The notes beneath the pieces were generated by a model. The model was given only the letters and a program-made list of their open reading frames with translations, searched no databases and was not told where the DNA came from. The translations under genes were made by a program, and so were the position numbers. 64,000 nt of DNA, from assembly GCA_000165425.1 (NCBI GenBank), contig CT868463.1, forward strand, positions 124,001 through 188,000, written 5' to 3'. The DNA is from Paramecium tetraurelia (Eukaryota). Shown piece after piece: positions 26,940-40,486 of the stretch. Each line of letters starts with the position of its first letter. Within the stretch, counting starts at the first letter, position 1.

Positions 26940-27824
26940 TCATTGAAGAATATTTTCTTATAATTGATGCACATGAACTTATTCTTAATATTGATCAAAA
27001 CATAACTAACAGGCATGGAAATCTTCGCAAAATTAACATGTATATAACATTGTGGACTCCTCTTCTATTTTATCAGAACAATAATCACAATAGATGTTTG
27101 CAATATCAAACTTCTCCCTATCATTGTAATTAATATTGCCAAAGTCATCACAGTCCTCATAATCATCATCAACTGCCAATTAGATTTCTGTAAATTCCTT
27201 TCTATTTATACTTTATTTCATATCCATATTCATAAAGAACGATAAATCTTATGCATGAATGTTATTAAAATCCAATCCTAGTCTCTATTTTTTACCATCT
27301 TCATTCCATTAATATTACTATTGTACTTTGTCTAAATTTTAATTGCTTATATTCTTTGAAGAACCCTGTACTTCAATTATTGATTATAAATTTGTCTATT
27401 GAGAATGCCGTTCTTTTTGAATATCTACACTTTTTGCTTATTCATTAAGCTATAGACCAAAAGTAAATTAGCTTATTCCAGACTATTTACTAATAGATTA
27501 TCTTTGGCTAGGACTAAACATTTTAGAGTATATTTGTGATTGTGATTATAACTATGTTATTTAAAGATTCTAAATTATTTAAGGTATCTCATGAACAAAT
27601 AGTCTGAATGATTATTTATTAGTAGCTGAGTTTTCAGTCCATAATTAATAGAAATAAGCTAAATCCTACTTCTTAGTTATTGTGATTAAATCACCTTCTT
27701 AATCTTTCCATTTTATTACAAAAGCTCTATTAGTCAGCGTTTTAACAAATTCATTCATTTCTGTTAAATCTATGTCTCCACGATATATATAAGTGTATTC
27801 TCCTAAGAATATTTTTACTTTCAT
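26940..27824 (-). CDS. PB1 + ZZ zinc-finger protein (p62/NBR1-like architecture)
   Basis: N-term MKVK...IKWKDQEGDLITITKKQDL (PB1 with OPCA motif); C-term CDYC...YTCQFCEDFHACQLCF...HVH (ZZ). Confidence 0.85.
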
Positions 27825-28075
27825 AAACACTATTAGTAATTTATTTGTATGCTTTATCTTATTATCAAAATAATAATTGATTTGAATATCTAATATAGGC
27901 AATTCCAATTTAAATATAATATTTAGTTAGCTTTGATCTATTAAAGTGATAATAAATCATTCTGCCTTAATATATTATCGGATAAGATAAGTTTATTGGA
28001 TTTAGATAGATGAGACATACTTAAACAATAAGTGAGTTTATTTATTAGATAATATTTTAATACTTTATCAAATTG

Positions 28076-28294
28076 TCATTTCGGAGGATGCTATTATGCC
28101 TATTTTTACATTTCATGTGTTGCTGAATCAAATTAAGTTCTCTAAAAATAATTTATTTAAAAGAATACTTCTTGGGTTTTCTTCACCAAAGCTCCCTTCT
28201 TTTTAGGCCCATCTTTATATTTCTCTGCCATTAATCTAGCTTGTTTTTCCATCTCATCTTCATTGTTCTATATTATTACTCTAAATTATACCAT
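28076..28294 (-). CDS. endosulfine/ARPP19-like small phosphoprotein (~55 aa)
   Basis: Spliced: MNNEDEMEKQARLMAEKYKDGPKKKGALVKKTQERTQFDSATHEMQKQAQQHPPK; KY..PKK...FDS[A/G] pattern; two tiny introns. Confidence 0.8.
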
Positions 28295-28722
28295 TATTTT
28301 GTTTCTAAAAAATTAATAAAAAATTAATTAATACAAATATCAAGATCAATAGACTCTCTAGAATCTATAATTTATCAATAATCAAATATATCTTCAATTT
28401 AAATACTATAAAAATTAAGATTTAAAAATAGAAGGAATTAGCTAATTAAGTATTCTAAATATTTGGATTTTATTTTATTAATTCTAATAGGATATATACT
28501 ATTATGTTAAATATAGATTTTTCTAATCTTATAGGAAAATGCGTATTTGAATCGTCATTTATTATGTCATCCTATAATATTTTGGGTATATTTTTTATGC
28601 AATTCTACCCATTGTAAATTTCTCTATTTATAAGTAACTATGGAGCATTATTATATTCATTATATTTATAATAAAGAAAGAGCATGTATTTAATATAATT
28701 AAATATATAAATTTAAAAATTT

Positions 28723-30443
28723 TCAATTATTGTTGATAGCTGCATCAATAAAGTAATTCCATTCTATTGCATTATATCTTTATAATTCAATAGACATTTA
28801 TCGAATTTTTTGCATAATATTATCTAATTTGAAATTTTTTAGAGCAATTTATTCCTTCTCACTCAAAGGTATTCCCAATAATTATTTTTCCAAAATATTA
28901 TAGTATTCATATTATTTCGTGTGTAAATTTCTCCACTCTATAAATTCATTTTTTAATTAAGCATATTATTGATATAACATGGAAGTTTCCTCTTTTAGTT
29001 TTGGTAAGAAATAAGTACAAATATTTCTATCTTCATTCTCTAAGTATTTCAAAGCAATCAAACAAGGAATCGTTACAAATATATCAGAATCTCTACACTC
29101 TAATTGTTCTTCAAATTATTTATATTTTTCAGCAGTAGTTTCAATTATGTGTGAAAAGTACATTAATTATTAGCATTTTGTCGGGTCTAATAAATAGTAT
29201 AATCCTTTTTCCCATTAGGATTCATATTCAACTAATAAATCTACAAGTTCTTAGTTATTCTTCAATTAAGGATCTACCATTTCGATATTTCCTTCATATT
29301 TTCTCATTTATTCTCGAAATTTTTAAAAGCTAACATGAAATTTAAATTTACTTTGATTTAATACTATCAGCCAGATTACGAACAGCACTAGATTGTTCTT
29401 TTGTCACTCTTCTTGTGATTCCTTCTGCTTCCAAAAGTATGTTTATTCCTAAGTCATCCCTTCCTTTACCTTCCACATTTGCGACAGAATTGATTTATGC
29501 TATAACCTTACAGAACTTATTGTTTTATATTAAATAAATACTTATTCTTTTTTTTGAATATAGTTTTCACTTGTTACAAGTATTTTACCTCTTAATTTTT
29601 CTCTAATTTCTATGGATGTCATCTCTTTATCAATTTCAATTGCTAAAAGAATAAACCTTCTAGCTTTTGCTTCAATTTCCATCAATTCTTTAACATAAAG
29701 CTACAAACTTATGTTTATACTAATACTCTTTCAAAATCAACCCAAATCTAATCAAAATCTTCTAATATCCTCACAATATCTTGTTTTAATAGTTTGGATG
29801 AGAAGTCAGGACTTTCTTTGAGTGTTCTAGAAAATGAAACTCTAATAACGTGTTAAACTTTATAAAATAGTTCTATTAATTTAGATCCTTTAGATAGTAC
29901 ATCAGGTGAAAAAACAAATTTCTCAGAATTGACCCATAAGTAAGGAAAGCCTATTAATCAATTTTTAAATAAACCTTCCTGTGCACTATCTAATATTTCA
30001 GTAAGATAACATAATCTATCCTCTTTATATAAAATCTTATAAGCCTTTGAAAATGTATTTCTGTATTCTCTAGATAAAGTTTTCACTTGATAAATCTAGA
30101 AAAATGTTTAAGTAAATAAATACTATACACATTTTCTCCAATGTTTTTAAGTATTTTTTACAACTTCGCTAACCTTCAGGATTATCAAGATCATATTTAT
30201 GTAAATCTCTTTAAATTAAATAATTTTAGTATCGTTAAGCCTTTTCCAAAATATCATATTCTGGTTTTCTATAATATTATTGGATCAAAAACCTTTTGAA
30301 TTCTTCAAGTTCTGTAATTGGACTTGGAGGAGCAGTTTGTGGTCTATAATTCATTCCCTCAACTGAAGTATTATCAGAAACTAGGATAGGATTTTATTAA
30401 ATTTACATTCATCATCAGTGTCTTTATCATAGTAAGGTTACAT
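28723..30443 (-). CDS. all-helical-looking protein of unknown function
   Basis: Long spliced frame (about 6 tiny introns) with motif-like blocks FDQIWVDFE, INSVANVEGKGRDDL, VDPQLKNNQELV, WEKG, SIELQRYNAIEWNYFI. Confidence 0.8.
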
Positions 30444-30489
30444 CAATTATTTTATAAAAATATTTATAACCAAAACAAAAATTAAAGAA

Positions 30490-31790
30490 ATGATCAACAG
30501 GATCAAAGTAATTAATGAAATAAGTAAATCATAGGAATCATCAAATCAAACATATAATACTTTCTTTTTATTGATGACAGCCTTCTTTAAAAATAATATT
30601 TTAATTTATTCATTATAATCCTACAGAAAAAACCTCAAATCATATAATATATAATTTAGCTTTTCATTTGATACTTGTTTAATTATAAACACTATAGTTC
30701 AGATTAAAAGAATTCTTAGAATCTAATTCAATTTTGATTTTATGATGATTTATTTTTGAATCATAAGATTATCAATAGAATTCTTTTTCTAAGTAGGAAG
30801 GTAAACAATATTTTCAAATGTTGGAATGAAGGAAAGGTAGAACTAGTCATCATGATAACTTAGTAAATATTTGTTATTTATGGGTTGTTGTCAAAAATTA
30901 TTTTATTTTCTTACTTACTTTTGTAATTTAAATTTGATATTATTTTATGATTTATTATGAATATGGTATAAACATATCTTATAATTAATTAAACTCTAAT
31001 TGAAATATCTTATAATAATAAATTGATAACTATGAATTATATTGCTCATAAACTATTTACAACAATAATGACTCGCTATGATTTTGATTTATTCTCATTG
31101 AAGATTTGCAATGATTATTTTGTTCTTGAGATTCCAAAATTTTATAATAATTTTTATTTTATATTATATTAAATGAAAATTATTTAAAAAATCCACAAGG
31201 TTGGTTAGAAAGGTTGTCTTCTTCACAATAAATTGTAATGCTGTTATAGAAAGAATATATATAATTATTATGGAGGTTTAAAATAAAATTCTTATTCTGA
31301 ATAAATCATAAGAAATGGAAATTTTGAGGAGATAAGTTTATTCTTTGAACAAAATCTTAGAGAGTTACCTTTATAGAAATGTTGTCCTACTATTTGTAAT
31401 CAGTAAGACAAAGTAATTCTTATAACAATGGTATGATTTGATAAGGTCATATTTTAAGTATTTTACTCAAATCAAAAAAATGATTCAATTTTATTTATAC
31501 GAGTTGCTGAAGTATACTCAGAAATATCAACATAAAGTTCAATAGAGAAGAATCATATTATTTTTATTGCAAAGAGTCAAGTAGGTATTAGAATAATTGA
31601 ATGGATTTAAGTGTAAAGTATTTTTCTTATAATTACATCATTTAGATTGTTAGCATCCTTCCAGAGAAGTTTGGAGTGATATAATTATAGGAAATAAGGA
31701 ATGAATTGGTAATAAAATGGAAACACAGCTATCACAAAATGTAAGGAATTATCTAAATCAATATAAAAATAAAAAGAATGTTTTTGATTT
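30490..31790 (+). pseudogene. long degenerate AT-rich tract with coding-like fragments
   Basis: About 1.3 kb gap in an otherwise dense region; short frames from ATG 30490 onward are broken by TGA and frame changes. Confidence 0.3.
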
Positions 31791-31826
31791 GTTATATTTT
31801 ATATCTTATTCATTTTCTAAGAAATA

Positions 31827-34256
31827 TCATAGTTTAGGTAAGGTTGGTAATCCATATCCATCAGCCTACAATAATTCGTTCTTTGATTATAAAGAATAAG
31901 ACAATCTGGCCACTTATCTGTAATGAACTTCATCAGGTCCATCTGCTATTCTTAGAGTTCTGGCTTGAATGAATGCCATTGATAAAACTTGATCTTGACT
32001 AACACCCTCAGCTCCGAATATTTAGATGACTTCATCGATAATATTTTAGGTGACTTTAGGAACGAAAGCCTTGCATTCACTCAGAATTTTGAAGATATAT
32101 CGACTTCTGTTGCCTAAGATATCAATTTGCATGGCTGCATTCAATACAACTAGTCTACATGCTGATAATTATGTTGCTAATTCTCCTAACTTTTATTAGA
32201 ATGAACCAATATCCTTCATTTTCGATTTGAAAATCATTCTCCTCTCTCCTCTCTGCATCATTAGATCTAATACTCTTTCAGTAATTCCTATCAATCTCAT
32301 ACAATGATGTAATCTTCCACCACCTAATCTTCCCTATGCCATTTCAAATCCTTTGCCTTCTTGCCAAATAAGGTTTGATTTAGGCACTTCAACATTGTCA
32401 AACACCATTTCCATATGACCATGAGGAGCCTCATCTGAAAAGAAGACATGCATAGGTCTAGTAATTTTAACATTTGGATTGGGTAAATCTACCAATATCA
32501 TGGATTATTATTAATGGGGTTTTGAAGTATCTTGTGATGTTTTGCCCATCACAATAGCAAATTTGCATCTTTCATCTCCAGCCCCAGAGATGTACCATTT
32601 CTTACCATTAATTTTATACCCATTTTCAGTTTTCGTAATTGATGTTTGTATATTAGTAGCATCAGATGATGCAACCTATGGTTCAGTCATAGCAAAACAT
32701 GATCTAATTTCTCCTTATAATAATGGTAGTAAATATTTCATTTTTTATTCTTTATTTGCATAGAGAACTAGCAATTCCATATTTCCAGTATCTGGTGCTG
32801 AACAATTAAAAACTTCAGGAGCGAAAATACTTGTTCCCATTAATTCACATATAAAACTATATTCTAAATTAGTCAAGCCTTTTCCTACAACTGGATAAGT
32901 ACAAAACAAGTTCCAAAGACCCTGTTCTCTGGCTTTGAGTTTTATTTCATGAAGTTTTTGTAATGGTTTCCATCTGGTTTCAGGTGGTCTAGATTCTGCT
33001 TCATGAATCAGTTGTTTTTCATAAGGAAAGAATTCTGTTTTCAAAAAGTCTCGAACTCTGTAATAGAGATGTTTAGCTCTGTCAGAAACTGGCCAGCTTC
33101 CCCATCTTGGAATATCATTTTTAAGTAACTCTTTCAAACGGAAGGGATCATTATCAGTCAATTTATTTATCAATTCCCATGCATCGCTAGACAAATGTTT
33201 ACCTAATTTTAGTAGTTCTAATCCTTATTCCTTTTAAGAAGCATTTCCTTGTAAGGCTCTTTTGTAAACTCCTTATGCTATAGATGATAATCTGAACATT
33301 GAAAATGCTGTATGATATCTAAGATCTATAGATTTATCAATATTCCTAGATTTAAAATAAACATTTATTAAATCTTAATATTCTGGTAATCCAATGTATT
33401 GATAGATTCCTTTGACTCCTCCTTAATGAGCTGTGCTTTAGAATTGGCTAGTGAAATAAAATTGAGTCATATAGGCAATATCAGCATATGATTAACCAAT
33501 TGTGGCTAATTCCCAATCAATTACAGCTAAGATTTTGGGTTAAGTTGGATGGAATATCATATTATTCAGGGCATAATCTCCGTGACATAAACATACAATG
33601 TCATGCTCATCCTTTTAAGGTATGTTCAGTGGTAGCCAATAGAGAAGATTTTCCATACTTTGAATATTCTGAGTTTCTGCCAATTTATATTGTCTACTCC
33701 ATGTAGCTATCTAACGTTAGTAATAATTCTCAGACTTTCCTAGATGATTTAACTTTAATTTATGTATATCTATGGAGTGTAATTAAGCCAGGACTCTAGC
33801 TTATTCTTTTAGGATTTCTTATTTTTCTTGATTACTTAATTCTTATAATTTGATATCCTTGAATATTCTGCCTTCTATAAACTCCATAACATAGAATGGA
33901 GTTCCAATTATACTTGAATCATTGCAAAATACAAGTGGTTTGGCAACAGGAAATGACACTTAAGATAACTTTAAAGTGATTTCAAATTCTCTTTCTATTT
34001 GGTGAGCCTAAGCAATTAATTAATAATTTACTCCAGGAAGTAATTATCCATCAGGTTTCTTTCTTAGAACTAACTTTTTGTCTGAGTTTCTTGATTTTAT
34101 ATTAGATCATAAATACTTAAAAGAGAGCTAATAAGTAGGATTACTTTATCCAAAATTAAATTAGGAAGCTTCTTTGATCTCAATAGAATTATCATTGAAG
34201 TATTCCACGATAGATTTTTCATTTTTGAAATACTAAGATAACTTTCTCAAATCCAT
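31827..34256 (-). CDS. ACAD11: acyl-CoA dehydrogenase 10/11-like (APH-kinase-like domain fused to ACAD)
   Basis: [47 protein letters not shown]; then [60 protein letters not shown]; ends PKL-TGA. Confidence 0.93.
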
Positions 34257-34691
34257 AGATATTATAAATTATATATTATATATATGATATATTTTTCATT
34301 TTCTATGTTTTACCAATTAGATTATTACTCTTCACTTTTACAAAGAATCTCAAAAAACTCATAATTATTGTCTTTAAATAAATATTTAATGGATAAAATT
34401 GTTGAACATTTAAGGACATTATATCTAATTAGGATCTCTATAATTATTTAACTGATAATATCTTTAAATCTAAGTATCATATACACCTTTTATCTTCTGG
34501 AATCATTTACAGTTTTTATTCTTCAAGGGGGAACTGATTATAAAAGATTATCCTATCTGTTATATATCTTATCGACATAAAATGGAATGTTTATTGGTTT
34601 GAGTTAATGGATGTTTGATGAAGATATATATATAAATTGTTTTTTTATTGAATATTGAGATTAAATTTGAAGGAGGGGATTTATCAATATA

Positions 34692-34763
34692 AACTGTGTG
34701 GCGAAGTGGAATCGCATTGGGCTCATAACCCAAAGGTCAATGGATCGAAACCATTCTCAGTTT
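34692..34763 (+). tRNA. tRNA-Met initiator (anticodon CAT)
   Basis: AACTGTG TG GCGA AGTGGAA TCGC A TTGGG CTCATAA CCCAA AGGTC AATGG ATCGAAA CCATT CTCAGTT T. Shows the A1:T72 pair, three G:C pairs in the anticodon stem and an ATCGAAA T-loop (A54/A60), all eukaryotic initiator hallmarks; followed by T-runs. Confidence 0.95.
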
Positions 34764-34925
34764 TATTTTTATTCATTTTTGAAATATTCAATTATATTAA
34801 TCTATCTAATCATTAATCTAATATTTAAAACAAATACATATTAACAGATCATTATTATCTAACTAACTATATATCTATTTTTAAATACATCCATTCATTT
34901 CTATTTCTTAAAAATACTACTCTAA

Positions 34926-35592
34926 TCACCCTCTTTCCTCTATTATCTATAATTCAATATCTTTATCATTTAAAAAGCCCTTGACCATCATGTCAAAAAA
35001 AAATTCTATATTTAAAATGAAGATTTAGAAATTTCACTTTTTTTCCTTTAATTTTAAAATATAAAAGTAATAATTCATTGTTCTTTGTTCTACCATTTGA
35101 TAGTGAAATCTCTTCCATAAGCGAATTGGATAATTCTTTTGGAGTTTCATACTTACCATCTTGGGTTTCAAAAACATCAAGATTTTTAATACCTGAAAAT
35201 TTCTTAACCTGAACCTAAGTTAAAGGCGATCGACTATCCAATTATGAGATGACAGCATAGAATTCAAAGTTAGATTACACTTTTATGTTTTTGAAACTTC
35301 TATTCATATTTTTTAATGAAATTATTTAAATTTTGTTCTTAATTTAACCAAGCGTACACTATAAATGAACTATTATTATTATAGCTTGGACTATGGTTTT
35401 TGAATATTTTATAACATAATTAGCCTAATTGAGCTCCTTTAAAGTTCTAGATAAGATTTATAAGTATAAAATAAAGATGTTTAATATTAATGAAATATTA
35501 GTATTTGGTTGCTAGAAGATAGTAAAAATTTGAGGATTATACCACATGTATTCCAAAACAGTATTCCAATCAAAAGCAAAACTTTTATCCAT
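34926..35592 (-). pseudogene. hypothetical gene or frameshifted remnant
   Basis: Two long coding-like frames (MDKSFAFDW... from 35592; MNRSFKNIK... from 35307) that cannot be joined by a clear canonical intron. Confidence 0.3.
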
Positions 35593-35797
35593 TATTTTTT
35601 TTATTTTAAATATACTTTTACATAATTAGAAAATTGTATTTACTTCTGTTATTGACTACATTTTCTAACTTAAATGGAATTTTTCTATAATAGATCTTAT
35701 TAAACAATGGATAAATATTATAATTTTAAAATTATTAGTCATTATGAAATGGATAATACAAAAGATTGAGTAATCAAAATAAATTTGGAAAATCATC

Positions 35798-37271
35798 TCA
35801 TTATTTAGATAAATGCTCTTTAAAATGAACCTATATATTTCCAAACCCTAGAGGAATTTGTCTATCATCATTCATTTCATCATCCAAATCATCAAAATCG
35901 GAAAATTTGATTGGATTGACTTTCTCTTTGTTTTCGATTTCATCAAAATCTCGAAATTCTCTATTTTGAAATAATGGTCCTTGAAATTTTGACTCCAAAG
36001 GTTATTTTATTAATGAAGATTCTCTGGAATAAGATTATTTTGAATTTTATCGAGATCTCTAAAAATTTCTACTATTTCCTTTTGATACAATTGAAGGTGC
36101 ATAATTGAGAACCACTGAAGATTATTAAGAACTTTAATCCATTTGATAAGATTTTCGTCTTTCACTTTTTTTCAAATCTGGTAATTTGAGATAATCACTT
36201 TAAATGTTTGATACATCAATATCATTAAATGATTATTAAGCTTAATCTGAAGATTTTGTAGAACTAGTTTGATTGTCCATCCAATCAAATTTTCTATCAA
36301 AACTAATATTGTTTTGTTGAGCTGCTTTTTAAATTAAACCTAATAAATATTAATAGTCTGGTGTAGATGTGAATTTTAATTTGTAAACATAGTCTAAATA
36401 TCTTTGAAATTCATTGGGTAATCCTTTACATAAATCTTTTAATTCTAGTTCCATTTTGAATTTGCCAACTAGTTTTGTTTTCTCCTTATCTGATTATGAG
36501 ATAATGTTCTACCATGGTAAATTCCCTATATATGTATTTTTAGTCAATACCTCTTAATAAATAAATAAAAACATATCCTAAACTTTCTAAGTCATCCCTT
36601 CTAGATAGTTCATAACCCTTATGAGCAGAAATACTTGCATATCTAGTTGTACCAATAAAAGACTTTTTTTCTTAGAATGAACTGCATAAAAGATAATTTT
36701 ACATATGTTGATTGTTATTACGAAATTTCTTAGATATACCAAAATCAACGAAATAAACTTACTGTTAATCATTTCCTCTTCCCATCAATATATTTTCTGG
36801 CTTTATATCCCTATGAATTACACCCCTTAAATATTCTGATTTGATACCTTTTATGAATCTCTTCAAGAATCGTTAGTAATTATTCAGCTAAGTTACACAC
36901 TGTTTTTAGTGAGAGTTTCTTAAATTTCTTTTAATAATGTGCCAGGTCTCTTCCAAGTAATTGCATAGCCATGCAATTTTGATTATACTCATTTCCATAC
37001 CAATATAACTTCGGAACACCTTTCATTAATATTAAATTAATGTACCTGCTATTCCTCTTAGTTCTTCAATTATTTAAATTTCTCGTTCTAAACTCATTAA
37101 ATCTTTATTTTCTTTCTCCACTTTCATAGCAATATATTCCCTTGTTACTTTATCGTGACAAATGTATACTACTCCAAAAGAACCTAAAAGGATTATTCAG
37201 TTCATACCTTAGCTTAATTTTTCTCTTTGGACAAATCTGCCATAATAAATCCTTCCTTTGTCCTGATGCAT
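35798..37271 (-). CDS. casein kinase 1 family Ser/Thr kinase (second paralogue)
   Basis: [67 protein letters not shown]. Confidence 0.95.
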
Positions 37272-37618
37272 TGATTTTAATAAACAATTAATATATTAAA
37301 TTTTTCTTGAAGTTAATATTTAGAAGATTTTAAGAGCATTTTTTTAATCAAGAATTTGAGAGATTGCCAAAAGGAATATTAATATACTCTTTTTCATATA
37401 GGATTAAAAATGTCTTTTCAATATTTTACATTATTTTTAAATCGGTTCTCATTATTATTTCGTGGATCTACTCTCAAATAACTACATTTTTGGTTTATAA
37501 TTTTCAGTTACAAAAGTTCATAAAGGATGTAATAAATTTTATTTTAATTAAAGAATTAAGCTTCAATTACATGTAAATTTCAATAATTTATATATATAAC
37601 ATAGCTTAAAAAATAACG

Positions 37619-39137
37619 TCAAACAAGTTTATTAGTTAGAATAGGATCAATATTTTCTTTTTATTTGGCTCTTTTTAAGCCATCTAATTCGGTTTTGACA
37701 ACCATTAACTATTCTTAACTAATGTGATATTGTTTATTAATGGATAAGAATTTACTTTTCCAAATCTCAATCTCTTCTAAGTATTTCTTATGATTTTCTT
37801 CGCAAGATCTTGAAGTTTGATTTTCTAATTCTGTTAGTTTCTATTTTAATATTTTATTTAGTCTCTCTACTTCCATAACTAAGGTGGCATTCTTCTTTTC
37901 AAGATCTCTAATTATTAATTTTTATTCATTTTTAATTTATTTATTGCAATTACAATCTTTTTACATACTCAATTCTCTTATCATTAAGTCTTTTTGTCTA
38001 GAATTACTTAATATAAATAGTATACTCTATAATAATTTGCAATTTATGGATTTATGCCTTTTATTCATTTTAGACAGAGGATTTAATCATTTAAGAGAGT
38101 TACACATCTTATTTCTATAATTAATCCAGATAATAAGTTTCAATGGCTTATTTCTCTTTTATTGCCCCTTATTTTTCTTCTTTTAGATTTTAGCAAATAA
38201 TATTAGTTTGATTCAATTATTACTATAGATTTGCAATCTATTGATTCAACTACTTAACAAATTGTAATTAACTTTCTAATTCAATTTTCAGACTTTTAAT
38301 CTAAGTTTATTGTTCTTCAGTTGATGAGACTATTAAATTTTTATCTTATAATGATTTATTTTCTTAATCCAACTATTAAATTTAGTTTTGATAAGAATCT
38401 AGTAATTATTGATTGTTTTCAATTTCTTATTCTTTTTCTTTTTTATAGAATATGAATTCCTTTTACACTAATTCAAATTTATTTTCTAAAATTTAGATAA
38501 ATTCATTTGCATTTTACTATTAATTATTTTATAAGATGTGTTCCCTCTATTTTATATTCTCCTCTTAGTATCTCTTTATCTCGTTTTACTAAAATCTTAA
38601 AGTTAAATTATTAATTTACTTAATTTCTTTTTCCAATTAATATTCTTTTTCATTTCTCATTTCCTTCTCAAGATTGTGCTTTTTTTAAATTTACTCTATG
38701 CTCTCCTATAAGACAATTATCTGTTATTTTTATGTATTATAATTATCTTATAAATAATTGAACTATTCCTCCAATCTCTATACTTATTGCTAATAAATGA
38801 GTGAATCCTTTTTCTCAATTTGAAGTTTGAATTCCAAATTCTCTATAACTTATTATTATTATTTATTTTTCAATTTCTATTCATTCAACTCTACACAAAT
38901 TTGGCTCTACTAATCTAATCTATAAAATTCAATATATCTACCTTTTGCTTCCAATAATTCAGCTTCATATACTTTCAGCTTCTACCTCTATAAATCTCTA
39001 TCTAATTCTCTGTTAATTTATCTCAGAGGGTCTTCCATTGTATTTGCAAATGAAATAGCTCTAGTCTATGGAGATGGTTTGTTGTGTGCGTAAGGTTTTT
39101 CTTAACTTTATCTAAGTGATCTTGAAGGTTTATACAT
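37619..39137 (-). CDS. coiled-coil protein with C-terminal KEN-box-like motif
   Basis: Q/E/K-rich heptads over about 1.4 kb; ends AKQKENIDPILTNKLV-TGA. Confidence 0.72.
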
Positions 39138-39503
39138 AGTTTTTTATCAGTTAAATTAAATATTATAAAATTTATCCATCTTTTTTTTAAACAAAACAAT
39201 CATTTCATCTTTAGAGACACACCTTACAAAATTAGTAATTTATTAATAAATTTTATACTAGGTAGATCATTGTATTATATTTCAAATATTGTGTAATAAT
39301 CACAATTTAAAGAATTATTTAAGGCAAATAATACCTAAGGACTTTTTAAATACTGTAAAATAAAATAAACATTTGATTTAGTTCACATGGAATACAAAAA
39401 GAATTAATCTCAGAATAAAAAGTTGACAATAAATGGCTTTAGGAATGCCATTTCTAATAAAAGTATTTGAAATATAATATTTAAAATATATTATAGTTCC
39501 ATT

Positions 39504-40377
39504 TCATTTCCTTATAATCTTAGTGTATTTTGGCTTCTTAATATATTAATTTTAGTTAGTAGCCAGATTGTAAATGCTTTCATTACAAAATTGACCATTT
39601 AAATATTTTTGAAATTCATCTTTAATTTAAAATTCTAATGATAATTTTTGTTGATTATTTTATTCTTGATTATATTTTCTTAATTTCAATGTATTTGAGA
39701 CAATTTGATTTATTTTTGCTTTTTTCTTAAAGATTTTATCTTGATCATCAGAAGCCAGAGTTTCTTATGAATGGCAATTTTTATTTTTATTATCTTGTAA
39801 TTCAAGTGATTACTATTATATTAAATCTTCTAATAATGATCTTTCTTTTATTTGAATCAATTAATTCTTTAATTCAAATTCTTGTTAAAATTATTTAGAA
39901 AGCGCAATTTCTCTAAAATCCAATAATTAATACGTACATAGTTTTCATAGATTCATAATCTATTTTTTTATATTCAGTTGGTTCAATAAATTTTCCATAT
40001 ATTCTGTTTTCTTAATAATAAGGAATGTTTTTTGGATTCAATTAAAATGTATATGGAATACTTTCACTTCTACGTTTTCTATCTTATTTAAGATACAAAT
40101 TCTAATTTTATTTTTCAACTTTTGGAATGGTTGGTAGATTGGAATTAGAATTAGTCTCTTGAACTAACCTCTAAACTTATCGTTACTTTTATATATTTTC
40201 GACTATTCCTAATAAATTTTCATTATTAATGATCAGTTTCAAAAGATCTTCATTATTGTTGTAAGTAACAGATCGATTTTTCTGAGGGGTATATGAAGTG
40301 CTCTTCTATAAAGATTTATGTTTAGATTTGATAGGATAAAGTTTATTATGACGGGAGTAAAATCTAGATAAATTCAT
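39504..40377 (-). CDS. hypothetical protein
   Basis: MNLSRFYSRHNK... continuous after one tiny intron near 39913-39937; ends TKIIRK-TGA. Confidence 0.65.
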
Positions 40378-40486
40378 TTTGAAATAAAATAGTATTAACA
40401 TTAGTTTTAGTAATGAAAATTGGATGAAGTGAGTGATTTTTATATCCTTATAATAATAAGCAAACAAAAAAAGATTAAATAGAACT

